Positions 12,321 through 24,958 of a stretch of 64,000 nucleotides of DNA are shown here, piece by piece. Position 1 is the first letter of the stretch. Every line of letters starts with the position of its first letter. This DNA comes from Macrostomum lignano (lineage: Eukaryota). The stretch is taken from assembly GCA_002269645.1 (NCBI GenBank), contig NIVC01002889.1:1-64000 (forward strand), read 5' to 3'. The notes under the pieces are model-generated. The model was not told the origin of the DNA and searched no databases. It saw only the letters and a program-made list of their open reading frames with translations. Made by a program: the position numbers and the translations under genes.

Positions 12321-14263
12321 CACTTGCCGAATAGAAGCTCGAGAATACGCCCTATCGATCACAGTTGCTCGTGGTCAACATGCCTTTTGTTCTTAAGTGA
12401 CTGCTCAAAGGGAAACTTCTCAAACAACGGTGAGAAAGCAATGCCGACGACGGCTGAATGACGACCGAATGCTTGAGAAACTAGTTGAGGATACTCGTAC
12501 CTAGCAGTTAAAGATTCGCCCAGTACTGAAGCGTAAAAACAAAAATCTGATATAGTTGCAACAGGATGTCCATAGTCGTCTGGTGTCATCTGCTGAAGGT
12601 GCCGACGGCGTCGGGGTGACGACTGAATGCTTGAGAGACTAGCTGAGGATGTCCGGCAGTTGTGATTTGCCCACTGTCGAGGTTTGATCCGCGAAACTCG
12701 AGAATTTTGCAACAGCGCGTCCATAGACACCTAGTGCCACTTGTTGAAGGTCCAGAATCTCCGTCTGAGTAAAGGCCAGTGACCAAAGAAGTCAAAGCTG
12801 ATGCAGACACATTTTTTCGACGTGCTGATGAACTTTGGAGGCTTGACAAGGCTGCACTGAGGCGCAGTGCTGATGGCGTACAGGGGTGTACTGAATACAC
12901 TAGCGCTTCAGAAAAAAATCCAACCTTCTGGCAGAATAGTCGAATATCTCGACGGAGGGTCTGGAGGACTTGGCGGCTTGGTTCTTGTTTGATAAGGTGC
13001 GCAACAAAAATTTAGCACCTTGTGAATCAACATCTTATCACACAAGCCTTTTGCAAGTAGTTTGTTGTGTTGCCTCCAAAACGGGGTAGAGACTTGTTGA
13101 GACGCTACGCAGATGTAACAAAGCGTTTAGTTATGGCGCACGAGCAGTTTTGTTACTCAATAGCTTACCATCATCAGTTTAAACATTCAAGTCTACTCAT
13201 CAAGTCAAGTCAAGTCAACTATTTAGGATCAACTCATAGAGACTAAAGATTCTGTCGAACTATTTTGAGCTTTACAATCTCAATTTTATTAAAGCCTAAA
13301 AACCGTTGCCTCTCTGCTTACTCATGCTTATTCAACTCGAACTTTTCAGAAATTTGTGCATAGCCATCATCTATCGCTGTGAATTGGGAGTACGAACGCA
13401 AAATCTTAAAACTGGAAGCGCAATAGGCTGCATAGTTATTATTCTGTCAGTGATGGAGAAAAAATCGATAAATAATCAATATTTCGAATACATTAACACT
13501 ATAGGTTCCCAGCACCGACGCTTGGCATAGAATCATTTTGTATTAGCATTCTGTACAGCTAGTAATAAAATTGCTCACAAAATACAAGCTACAAGTACAT
13601 TCTGCTTGGAAGAATCTTTGCAATGAATCAGCCAGAGGAAAATTATGAGCTTGCTGGCGACCTAGCTCTCTGTTCGTTCTGCGAAGGAATCGTAGAAATG
13701 AAAATGTGGCCAGCTTAATATTTAAAAATTACATCAAAGGATTAAACGGGTTAATTCTATTCATTTAAACTGACATGGGCAAAATACTCCATTGAATCAA
13801 CCACTAAGAGACTTTGACCTCTCATTGCTAGCCACAAGTTGAACTTCCTTTCTAACGAAAGTATGTTTAATCCGTCAAATCTGTCAAGAACGACGGAGCA
13901 GTGACAGTAGTAGTTCAGGTCGAATAGGACAAGAGCCGAAGCGGAGCCACTACAAATCGGGGAGCACCAAAATTGCCCGCCGAGCTTTGCCCACGGCAGG
14001 GGGTGGAGTAACAGAGTAACAGAGTGTACATGGCCGACGATTAAAAGTCCGGGCCGTTGTACACCCTGTGTGAGTGAAGTACGAGTGGGTGTCTGCGTAC
14101 AGTATTAGCAAGCTTGGATGTGCTCAGAATTCAGCGGATTGGGCAGAATTGCCTCAGCGCTGGCTATGAAAGGATGCCGACAAAGGCGTTGCGCCAGGGT
14201 GCCCGCAGCCCTCCTGCAATTGTTATCCTTGCTATTATATAATATCCTTTGTAGTTTGCGCCT

Positions 14264-14787
14264 CTGTAGCTAACGCCCTCTGTAGCTGGCGCTCTTTCTG
14301 TAGCTGACGCCCTCTCTGTAGCTGACGCCCTCTGTAGCTGGCGCTCTTTCTGTAGCTGACGCCCTCTCTGTAGCTGACGCCCTTTGTAGCTGGCGCCCTC
14401 TGTAGCTGACGGCCTCTCTGTAGCTGACGCCCTCTCTGTAGCTGACGCCCTCTCTGTAGCTGACGCCCTCTGTAGCTGGCGCCCTCTGTAGCTGGCGCCC
14501 TCTCTGCAGCTGGCGCTCTTTCTGTAGCTGACGCCCTCTCTGTAGCTGACGCCCTCTCTGAAGCTGACGCCCTCTCTGTAGCTGACGCCCTCTCTGTAGC
14601 TGACGCCCTCTCTGTAGCTGACGCCCTCTCTGTAGCTGACGCCCTCTCTGTAGCTGACGCCCTCTCTGTAGCTGGCGCTCTCTCTGTAGCTGACGCCCTC
14701 TCTGAAGCTGACGCCCTCTCTGTAGCTGACGCCCTCTCTGTAGCTGGCGCTCTCTCTGTAGCTGATGCCCTCTCTGTAGCTGGTGCC
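14264..14787. repeat. ~18-bp minisatellite downstream of the ApoL-like gene
   Basis: TCTGTAGCTGACGCCCTC with 16-20 bp variants. Confidence 0.95.
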
Positions 14788-14984
14788 CCTAAAACTTAGA
14801 AGATATTCCGGAAAGGTGGGAATTCTTCCGTGGATCAAGCTCGGCCGACCATTTTCGTGGAGCCTCAACCCGTCCGCTCTCGCAGATGGGCAAATTTTAA
14901 TGCGAAATTATTCCAGATGAAGAATTAAAAACTCGTCAGGAATCTTCCAGAAATACAGAAACCCAGCAACCCGAAACCAAGCAG

Positions 14985-16899
14985 TCATCTCAGCCAGTCA
15001 TCGTCCAGTGACATCTGACACCTGTCCCGTACCTCCATTAGCTGCAGTTCCACTGTGTTCTTCATCGCCTCGAGCTCCTCAACCAGTTCCGGACTGCGGC
15101 CGCGACGACGAATGTCATCCATCTGCTTGGAGTAGTAGATGAGCAGGCCGAGATCCACCACGGCGAAGGCTGCCGAGCCGACCAGTCCCAGGACGCGAGC
15201 GGCAGTGAGCGCGCCGGTTTTGCCAGCTCCCTGGATGACGCCCTCGGCAACGCTGATTCCGCCGCGTAGCAGCGGCCGCAACGAGTTTCCGACCGCCTCG
15301 CTGCTGGGGACGTTGCAGGCCTCCGCTGAGCCGAACATGCCGATCTTGACCAGTCCGACGGTCAGGTCCAGTGCTGCACGAAGCGTCTCCGCCGATGTTG
15401 ACAGTCGAGTGGGAGAAATTCCGGCCTGTAATGAATCGTTAAACTGGTTGCAAAGCTCAAAGTCATCGAAACTTCTTCGAGTTGGAAAGATGAGACGGTC
15501 ACCAGACGGCTAGCTGATTACTGTCCTGAAGTTCTTAAGCTGCGTCGCAGGATTGCATCATGTTTTTAATCTTGCACGAGCCATTCAGCGTGGTGCAAAA
15601 AAACACAATATATATATGTTATTATGAAAAATTGCTAAATATCATAACTAACAAGCACCACTTTTTGCTGGCCAACCAAGCTAACTGCACAACCAGCTCC
15701 ACAACCAGCTCCACAACCAGCTCCACAACCAGCTCCACAATCAGCTCCACAACCAGCTCCACAACCAGCTCTACAACCAGCTCTACAACCAGCTCTACAA
15801 CCAGCTCTACAACCAGCTCTACAACCAGCTCCACAACCAGCTCCACAACCAGCTCCACAACCAGCTCCGCAACCAGCTCCACAACCAGCTCCGCAACCAG
15901 CTCCGCAACCAGCTCCGCAACCAGCTCCCCAACTAGCCTGTCAATGTCGGCAGCAGCTCACCCCAGACGGAGCCGCTTGCAGAGCCCGCTCAGCTGCCAG
16001 GTTGTGCAGCTCGTGCAGCCGCTGAATGAGTAAGCCAATTCGTTTAGTGGCCGGCAGCTGCTGCATTTCCTGTTGCGGGATTTCAAGCGAGGCCAGGACC
16101 TCCGCGTGCTTATCGCGGCAGAAACGAAGCTCGTGCAACGCCGATTTCAGCCGCTGACAGATGCGGTCGGCCATTGCGGGATCCGAGGTGCCGCGATGGC
16201 TGCCTCCGTCTTGCTGGCAACACCCTCCGCAAGCTGGTCGGTGATCTCATCGAACAGCTTCTTGCTGGACTCAAAGTCCTGCTTCACCTTCTTAGAGATG
16301 CTCGACTGGACCACGGCGTCTCCGATCGCCGCAGCGCCGCCGCTGACGCCGCCGCCAACGGCGGCAACCGTGCCGGCTATGGCCAGTGGCAGTGCGGCGC
16401 CAAACGACGGAATCAGCAGGGCGTAGCCGACCACCGCCGTGATGCCGCCGACAACGCCGAAAACGCTGCCGCCGATCTTCACGCTCGTTGCCCGCCGGTA
16501 GCTGTTCTTGATGCCGCTGATTGCCTGCTCGATTTCGCCAACAAGGACCTCACGACGGTTGCACCACTCGGCGATAAGGCCGCGCTTGGCTTCGTCTACT
16601 ACCCTCAGGATGGCGTCGGCAAAGTCGGAATCGCCGGGCGCGACTGAGCAATTCTTTCTGCTAGGGGGGGGGGGAGGGGACGGATGAACTGCCCAGCCCT
16701 AAAATTAACAGTTAAGATCTTTAGGCCACACTTCTCTCACGGCTTGAGCTCCGACCATAGACAGAAGCCCAATCGGCAGTTCTTAGCACAATCCTGAGTG
16801 CAATTGAAATGCGCTGAAAATGAAAATTACATATGAGCCATCAGTCAGCGCTTACCTATCATTGAGTTCTACAGACTCAAAGCCTGGGTCGGCGGCCAT
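14985..16899 (-). CDS. Apolipoprotein L-like protein, 3 exons, with one 1-nt frame discontinuity (pseudogene or sequence error)
   Basis: Exons 16899-16856, 16657(or 16660)-15962 and 15509(or 15425)-14985. ApoL-type segments: KIGGSVFGVVGGITAVVGYALLIPSFGAALPLAIAGTVAAVGGGVSGGAAAI, and RVLGLVGSAAFAVVDLGLLIYYSKQM...PELVEELEAMKNTVELQL. Exon 2 changes frame near 16230-16175. Confidence 0.75.
15686..15928. repeat. 12-bp minisatellite in ApoL-like intron 2
   Basis: ACAACCAGCTCC, ~20 copies. Confidence 0.95.
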
Positions 16900-18420
16900 C
16901 TGTTGCGAATGTCCTCAATTAATGAAACTTGACAAAAGCTATTTGGTTTTGATTGAAACTAACCATACCAACATAAAGCTAATAAATTAGTATAGCAATG
17001 CTCACATTTTACTACCGTGTTAATAGACGCGAGCGGTGTGCAGTTCTGCTGCTTGCATACCATGCACAAGCGCGTACATACGAGCTTATTTAATGGTACA
17101 AGTAGAAGGCCCAGCTGGGTGTACCCAGCGCTTTCTTGGCCAAACATAATAAATTGCTTCACTCCACTGAAAAGGTTTTATTCAATTCCTAATGCACACT
17201 GTGCGGAGAGAGAGAGAGAGAGGGAGAGAGAGAGAGGCAAGACGCAAGGAACTTCGTATGATTAAAACCCTTCAAGGCACAGAAAGCTCACTGCACACTT
17301 CAATGGGGGGGGGGCAATTCAAAGTAAAATCCACAGACCCTGTAGCTGCATGTAATAAAAATCGACTAAGAAACCCAAGAAAGCGTGCACAATTCAATTA
17401 CCCCCGTCGATAATGCGATTGAAAGGAGCCAGTATACTTTTCATATTTGCCTATCATGCTAAAATATACTCAGCAACAGCTTGGGGAACTGGAGGGGGGT
17501 GGCGCAACGCAAACTGCATGCTGGTCAAAGTTTCCAAGCATGCATCATTGCTGCCTGATGTAGACTCATGTGGTCGATGTGCTGATGAACAACGGTGTGA
17601 TGATGCTGAAGACTGGCGACGTCCGGAGGGCCGGCGACTTGATTCTTGTTTGAGAAGGTGCGCAAGAAAAGTTGACCCGTGTTCTTGAATTTCGTGTGCC
17701 TACGTTGCTTCGTTGCGGCGGTTCCTTCTGTCAACCAATTCAACCGTCACGCTGTCCGAGTTACATGTAAATGAAACATTTGATCCCACGCGTGTTTCTC
17801 CAAAACTAAAGTCAGGTCCCGTTGACGCTCATTCAACAGACGTGGGTGCAGACTCGCTCTTAAACTCAGTATAGAAGCAGGTACGAACCATGTACTCGTA
17901 CGCTCGTATATTCTGTGGCACCATCATCAAACATGTCCAAAGACAAAGAAAACTTCGTTGCAGTCAGCACACTCTCGTACACTCTTCGATTCTTGAGTAG
18001 ACTGTTAGAATTCCATCAAATTGCAATTTAACTGATTCAACAGATTGATGGGTAACGAACTCCAATTCATCGGTGTTGCATCCAGCTCTCTCCATCCACG
18101 ATGATACCACTCACTATAACTGATAATGTTTATTGCTTTCTCAGAGCCAAACCGATTGCTGGTTGTGTTCACTCTGTCCCCATTCTTTAATACCCAATTT
18201 ATACTGTTGCTGCAACTAGAAAATGTGTCAATGGTTACAGAATATGAGAACAAAACGCGCCCCCGCAGCCTCATTTTTAACCATTATTTTACTCCTCTCA
18301 GATTCAAAGCATGAATAATATACTATTCAATGCGAGTAGATCATCGTCTCGTGTGCTCAAAGCTTTCAGCGTTAGTTCCAATGAAAAATGGTGAATTATA
18401 TTGGACTCAATTTCAAGATA

Positions 18421-18694
18421 TACTCAGCAATATTGAAATGTGGCGCTCTTTGCGCCAGTGAGCCATTTCTCTTGGACTATTCTGAAATAAAAGATACGAG
18501 AAAGCTGATCGGGGTAGCTTTAATCCGTCCAACCCTCGCACACCGCTCCCCCCATTTTTCATTCCTCAACTCAAGTCTGCCGCGGCGTAGCTAAGTTGCG
18601 TCACTCGCAAAGATTGAGAGACTTTACCTGCACTCTCAAAAGTGGCGACCACAGACAGAATCTTCTGTGATAGCGACTTCGATGTTGCTGAGTA
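18421..18694. mobile_element. MITE family A, TA-flanked copy (Tc1/mariner-type TSD)
   Basis: TA|TACTCAGCAATATTGAA ... TTCGATGTTGCTGAGTA|TA. A lone left TIR lies at 17467. Confidence 0.7.
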
Positions 18695-19079
18695 TATTAA
18701 AAAAATCCTAAAAAAGAAAATTCAAGGTGAAATTTTGAACAGAAATATGATACTTTTTCCAAGTCATTTTTTCAGAAGCAAACAATTCTAAGAGCGACTA
18801 TAATTTGCTTCAGCGAACACTGAATTGCAACCCCGTAGATGCGCTAGCAGAACATTGCCATGGAGTAGAATTTATCGCACCACTGGCTTCTGGCAAAAAG
18901 GTTCGGATTTCAATAGACCCCGCGCTTTCCCTTTAAACGTCGTTGGCAATGGCATTGTTATTGATCAGTCAGCAAACTGAGCCTAAACGTTTTTATTATT
19001 ATTTACAGCTTAGCAGATTCAGGGAGCATTGGAACGCAGCCGCGCGCACTTCCAGTTCTGATACTGCCTCTGCCAGGGC

Positions 19080-19383
<304 letters not shown>

Positions 19384-22254
19384 TTAGTTTTAGTACTTAG
19401 TAGTTAGTACTTTTCTCAACCGAATACTTAGCTTCTTGCAAGCAAATTTCAGAAACAGAACATATTTAAAAACTGAACAAGCAAGGCTGTGAGTTCCAAA
19501 CTGATTATGATACTGAAATAAACAATATGAATAATCTCTTTTTATTATAATTTTAAGGCTTTTCTATTTTGCGTAAATTTAAGTTTTTGCTTCATCGTGC
19601 AATATATTCGTCATCATCATCATGCAATATCATGGCTTCGCAATATCTATGCGCGCAGTTCCATTTCGAAATTTAAAGACAAAGTTATATGCGCAAGCAA
19701 TAGCATTTTTCGGCAATACAACCAGCGACCTCTCCTTACTCTGGCTAGGGCCTATATCATTCTCATGATTTATTACATTCGATCCACTCACTATTTTTTA
19801 ATTTCTGTGAATCGCCTTTCTAGTTTTACTTTGTCCAGACTAGGCCTATATGGCCCATAACTCAATGCCATGCGATGCCGATGCAGCCCTGTATGGGCAT
19901 GGCTGCAGACTGCACAATTTAATAGATTTATTGGCACTTTGGAGCCATGGAAAAATGATTAGGCCTATTAAGTACCAAAATCATCCTACCTTAAATATAT
20001 TTTTCTCATTTAGCCTAAGAGTGAAATGGATTAGGCCTAACTAAATCTAGGCCCTTATCCAAATTTATTGGCTATAGCCCTATGCCCCTACCCCCTGTCC
20101 CTAAAAAATAGATATCGCTTAACTATCACTAAATGACTCAATAAGTGCTAGCTGCTAGGTGTAATAATATTTTTCAAATAGACAGTGTCAAAGTAGGTCA
20201 AAATAGTGTCAAAATAACAAAATAGTCAATTATTTGTTAGAGAAAGTTAGCCTATGCCATGTCTATGTCTATTTTCCAATATTGTATTAGTTTAATGCTT
20301 AGTCCCTTAGGCTTAGTATAGTTTGCCCCCTAAAAATTTTCTGGATCTACAATCAAAATAATAATAAGCATAATTGCTTAGCCCTATTCAAATTCAAATA
20401 TGCATGTTTCTTAAAAAAAACTTCTCTTGACTTAAATAGGGCTAACAAGTAAAGTTGTATTTCATTAAATTTTGTAAACTAATTTATAGGGGGGCCTAAC
20501 CTAACTAGGGCCTATGGCCTAGGCCTTGAAATGTCAAAAAAAATTTTTTTAATTTAACAATGAAATTATCTATTGACTATATTAGGCCTATATATGATCT
20601 ACTTTTTGCCATTTGATAGTTAACTTTGCCTAAGAAAAATTGTTACTTTGCATGATCATCGTCATTAAAAGATTAATTGGGCATTTAGGTAGATTCAAAT
20701 ATATCTAGTTGTAACTTCTCTTCAGACTTATATTTTTGTTCTTTCTTTGCATCTTTGGTCATTGACATTGCCACTAACATTAGCAATGAATTTGTCGTTA
20801 ACTCACAAAATTGTTAATGCAAATTAATTAATCTGTTAGGCCTAATTCAAAAAAATCTTAATTGCAGTCTGTTAATGTTAATGGAAAATCTTAATGCTTA
20901 TTAATGCTTATTAATTGATTAATGCTTATTAATAGACTGGTGCCCAACATTGCCAAATGACTATTTTACAAAAAGGCTTTTAATAAAAGGTTTTTGATAA
21001 AATTGTTATCTATTAAGTACTAGTACTATCAATGTATCATATTACCAATTTGTAATAAAGTAGGAATTTTTTTAGGTTAAAATTAGACTTAGACCTATAA
21101 TGTTTAAAAAATGGACAAAGTATTTATTTGACAAAATTGCATTTAATAGGCCTAAAATAACCTAGTATATTAATTATATTCCATGTTCCTTCTTTAAATA
21201 TTAAAATTATTTATTAAGTCTTGATAGCCCTTTTATAGCCAATGGCCATTATAATAAATAGTGTAGCATAAATTGACCTCCTTATAGTTCAGAAAGCAAC
21301 ATACATATTGGAATTTCCTAATAAAGAATACTCATACAAAATTGGCAATTAACAATTGTTGGTGCAAATTTTGGTTTACAAAGCTATTTATATGCTAAAA
21401 CAGTTGTCTATTAGTATATGATCATTTTTAATCTGATTTTAAAGGGCTTTCAATAATAAAATAGAGTAGAATGAATTATTTCGCTAATAAAAAACTAACA
21501 ATAAGCTTTGAATTAAAGTGTGATATATAGACTAGTATATATTAGGCATGTTTTGTTTGTGATGTAACCTAGGAAATGATAGCTTATAGAGCTATGGCTG
21601 AAGGTACTAATGCCAGGGTAGAAAGAGATCAGATCTCACCTTCCCAGGGGCATTAGACCTAGATAAAGAATTGGTAGCTTGTATTATAGTTTGATAACAA
21701 GGTCCCACTGTTTGATCATAACTATGGACAGAGTCTTGAAAGTATAGACTATTTAAAGTATATGTAGTTTTGCCACCACCATAGCACTACTATGCTAGGC
21801 ATCTAAAAAGTATCTTGACAGTATTTAGAATGAGGTCCCTTGCATAAGGGGCTTCTAATCTGCGCAAGGTCAAGACTCCCTGATTTAGCTAGGTTTGAAA
21901 TAAAAGGAGAGTTCAAATAAATAATGATTTGACTTCCATCTTCTGGCAAGCTATAGTGCTATCATCAGAAACAATAAGGAATTGGCTTCTATTGATTTAG
22001 GCTCTGTGCACAGGTTTTAGAATACATTTGTTTGCAAGTACCATATGCATATAGTTGCACATACTTTACTATACCTGAAATCTCTACAATTTGCCAATAG
22101 TTTCAGTTTTGTATCCCTGCAGCCCTAGCTTTCTCACTAGCCTGCATGCTTAAAAGATAAATAAATCAAAGCAGGACAACTGGGTTATGATTTTCACCTA
22201 ACAAGTAACTTAGCTACATATATTACTTGAGAATGAATAATTGAATTTTTGCAA

Positions 22255-22375
22255 ACCAGGATTTGGATCCCAATGGTCAATCCTAGGATTTTCAAATCCT
22301 AGACAATTTTGATCCTAGGATTTGGGCCTAATTCTAGGATTCTAGGATCCTAGGATCCTAGGATTATATGCCCTA
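22255..22375. mobile_element. Decayed hAT-type MITE end with ATCCTAGGAT subterminal repeats
   Basis: About seven (A/T)TC(C/T)TAGG(A)-type motifs, four of them perfect ATCCTAGGAT, ending in TGCCCTA. This resembles ATCCCGGGAT...CCCTA MITE ends. Confidence 0.45.
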
Positions 22376-22799
22376 TTTCCCAGCAATACAACAAGGGTAC
22401 TTGTCATTTTTAATGCATATCAGCATATATCCTAGTATATATAATATAGTGGAAAAATTGTGTCAATGACACATTTTTTTAGTTCTGGTATACAAACAAT
22501 TTATTGTATTTTTTTCTGGCATTAGACCTAGTGTATATTAATACATGATCCAAACTTTGGTTGGCCCTTAATGGTATAGGCATAGTTTGATATACTAAGT
22601 ATAATCTGGTGCAGGAAAGGGAGCTACATTGGGCATGGTTTAAAGTCTAGGCCTTATCTGCAATAGGAATTGATAGTAGGCTACTTATTTACTTTTACTT
22701 CTATATCTTTTAAATCTAAAAAAAGCGACTATACTGCACTATATAAGTAATCCAACACTGCCTAAAATCATTGTACTAGTTAGCTAGCATCAGGAAAAC

Positions 22800-24130
<1,331 letters not shown>

Positions 24131-24958
24131 CTAAACTCAGGATGTCAAAATTAAAGTATTAAATTTTCATATACTATCCTATTTTGAATGTTTTATTTTG
24201 TACTACCACAGTACCACTGTTATGTGTGATTTTTCTGCCATTATCTAAACGTTTTGGTGCTTTTTCTGGTGTCATTAGACAGTTAGAACAATATTTTTGT
24301 AGATTATTTTGTCAATAAAAGAAGCAAATATTTAATTTTAGCCAGTCCTTAATATTTATTCTTTAAAAAGTGCAAAATGCCTTGGGGATATGAAACAAAT
24401 AATGTTTTTAGACATCTTGTAGGCCTTATGCCTGAATTTAAAGTCATGTTAAGAATTGCACATTTAGGTGATTTTTTAACTTGGACTAAATTTCAATCTT
24501 TGAATATTAGTTGTAAAGACCATTTTTAGTATATTATAATTTAATAGATGCTAACTAATAATAAGGATCTTTGATCTGACAACCTATGAGGCTAACTAGC
24601 TCAGTGGTAAACGCATATTACTCTTGCGTCACAACCCTTGATATGATCTAGATAAATTTGGGGCTTGTGCACAAAATTGTTGGCCGATGGGTTGTCGTTG
24701 CGATTCACAACCAATATGTGCCAACCTCCAAGGCACAGGAAGTGTACACGCCTGACGATAAGAAAGCCAGGGCTTATGTACACGCCAAAATCGATGCGCG
24801 ATTGCGCGAAATGGCCCAGTTTGAATGCAAATGTAACAGCTGTCTATGGCCAAGTAGAACAGCTTTGCACTGGCCCTAATTCAACAAAAAGCGGCTAAAA
24901 TCTCACACAAAAAAGCTAGATAGCGACATATTTGCCAAAACCTGCCCGCAGCAAAGCT

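Noticed and set aside
11613-12362. Coiled-coil-like or mucin-like ORFs (QLSQLRDKVR, STQRQSATT) in the 30-bp array
   Set aside because: Several frames on both strands are open only because the unit is 30 bp and stop-free. There is no in-frame unique flank or credible splice connection.
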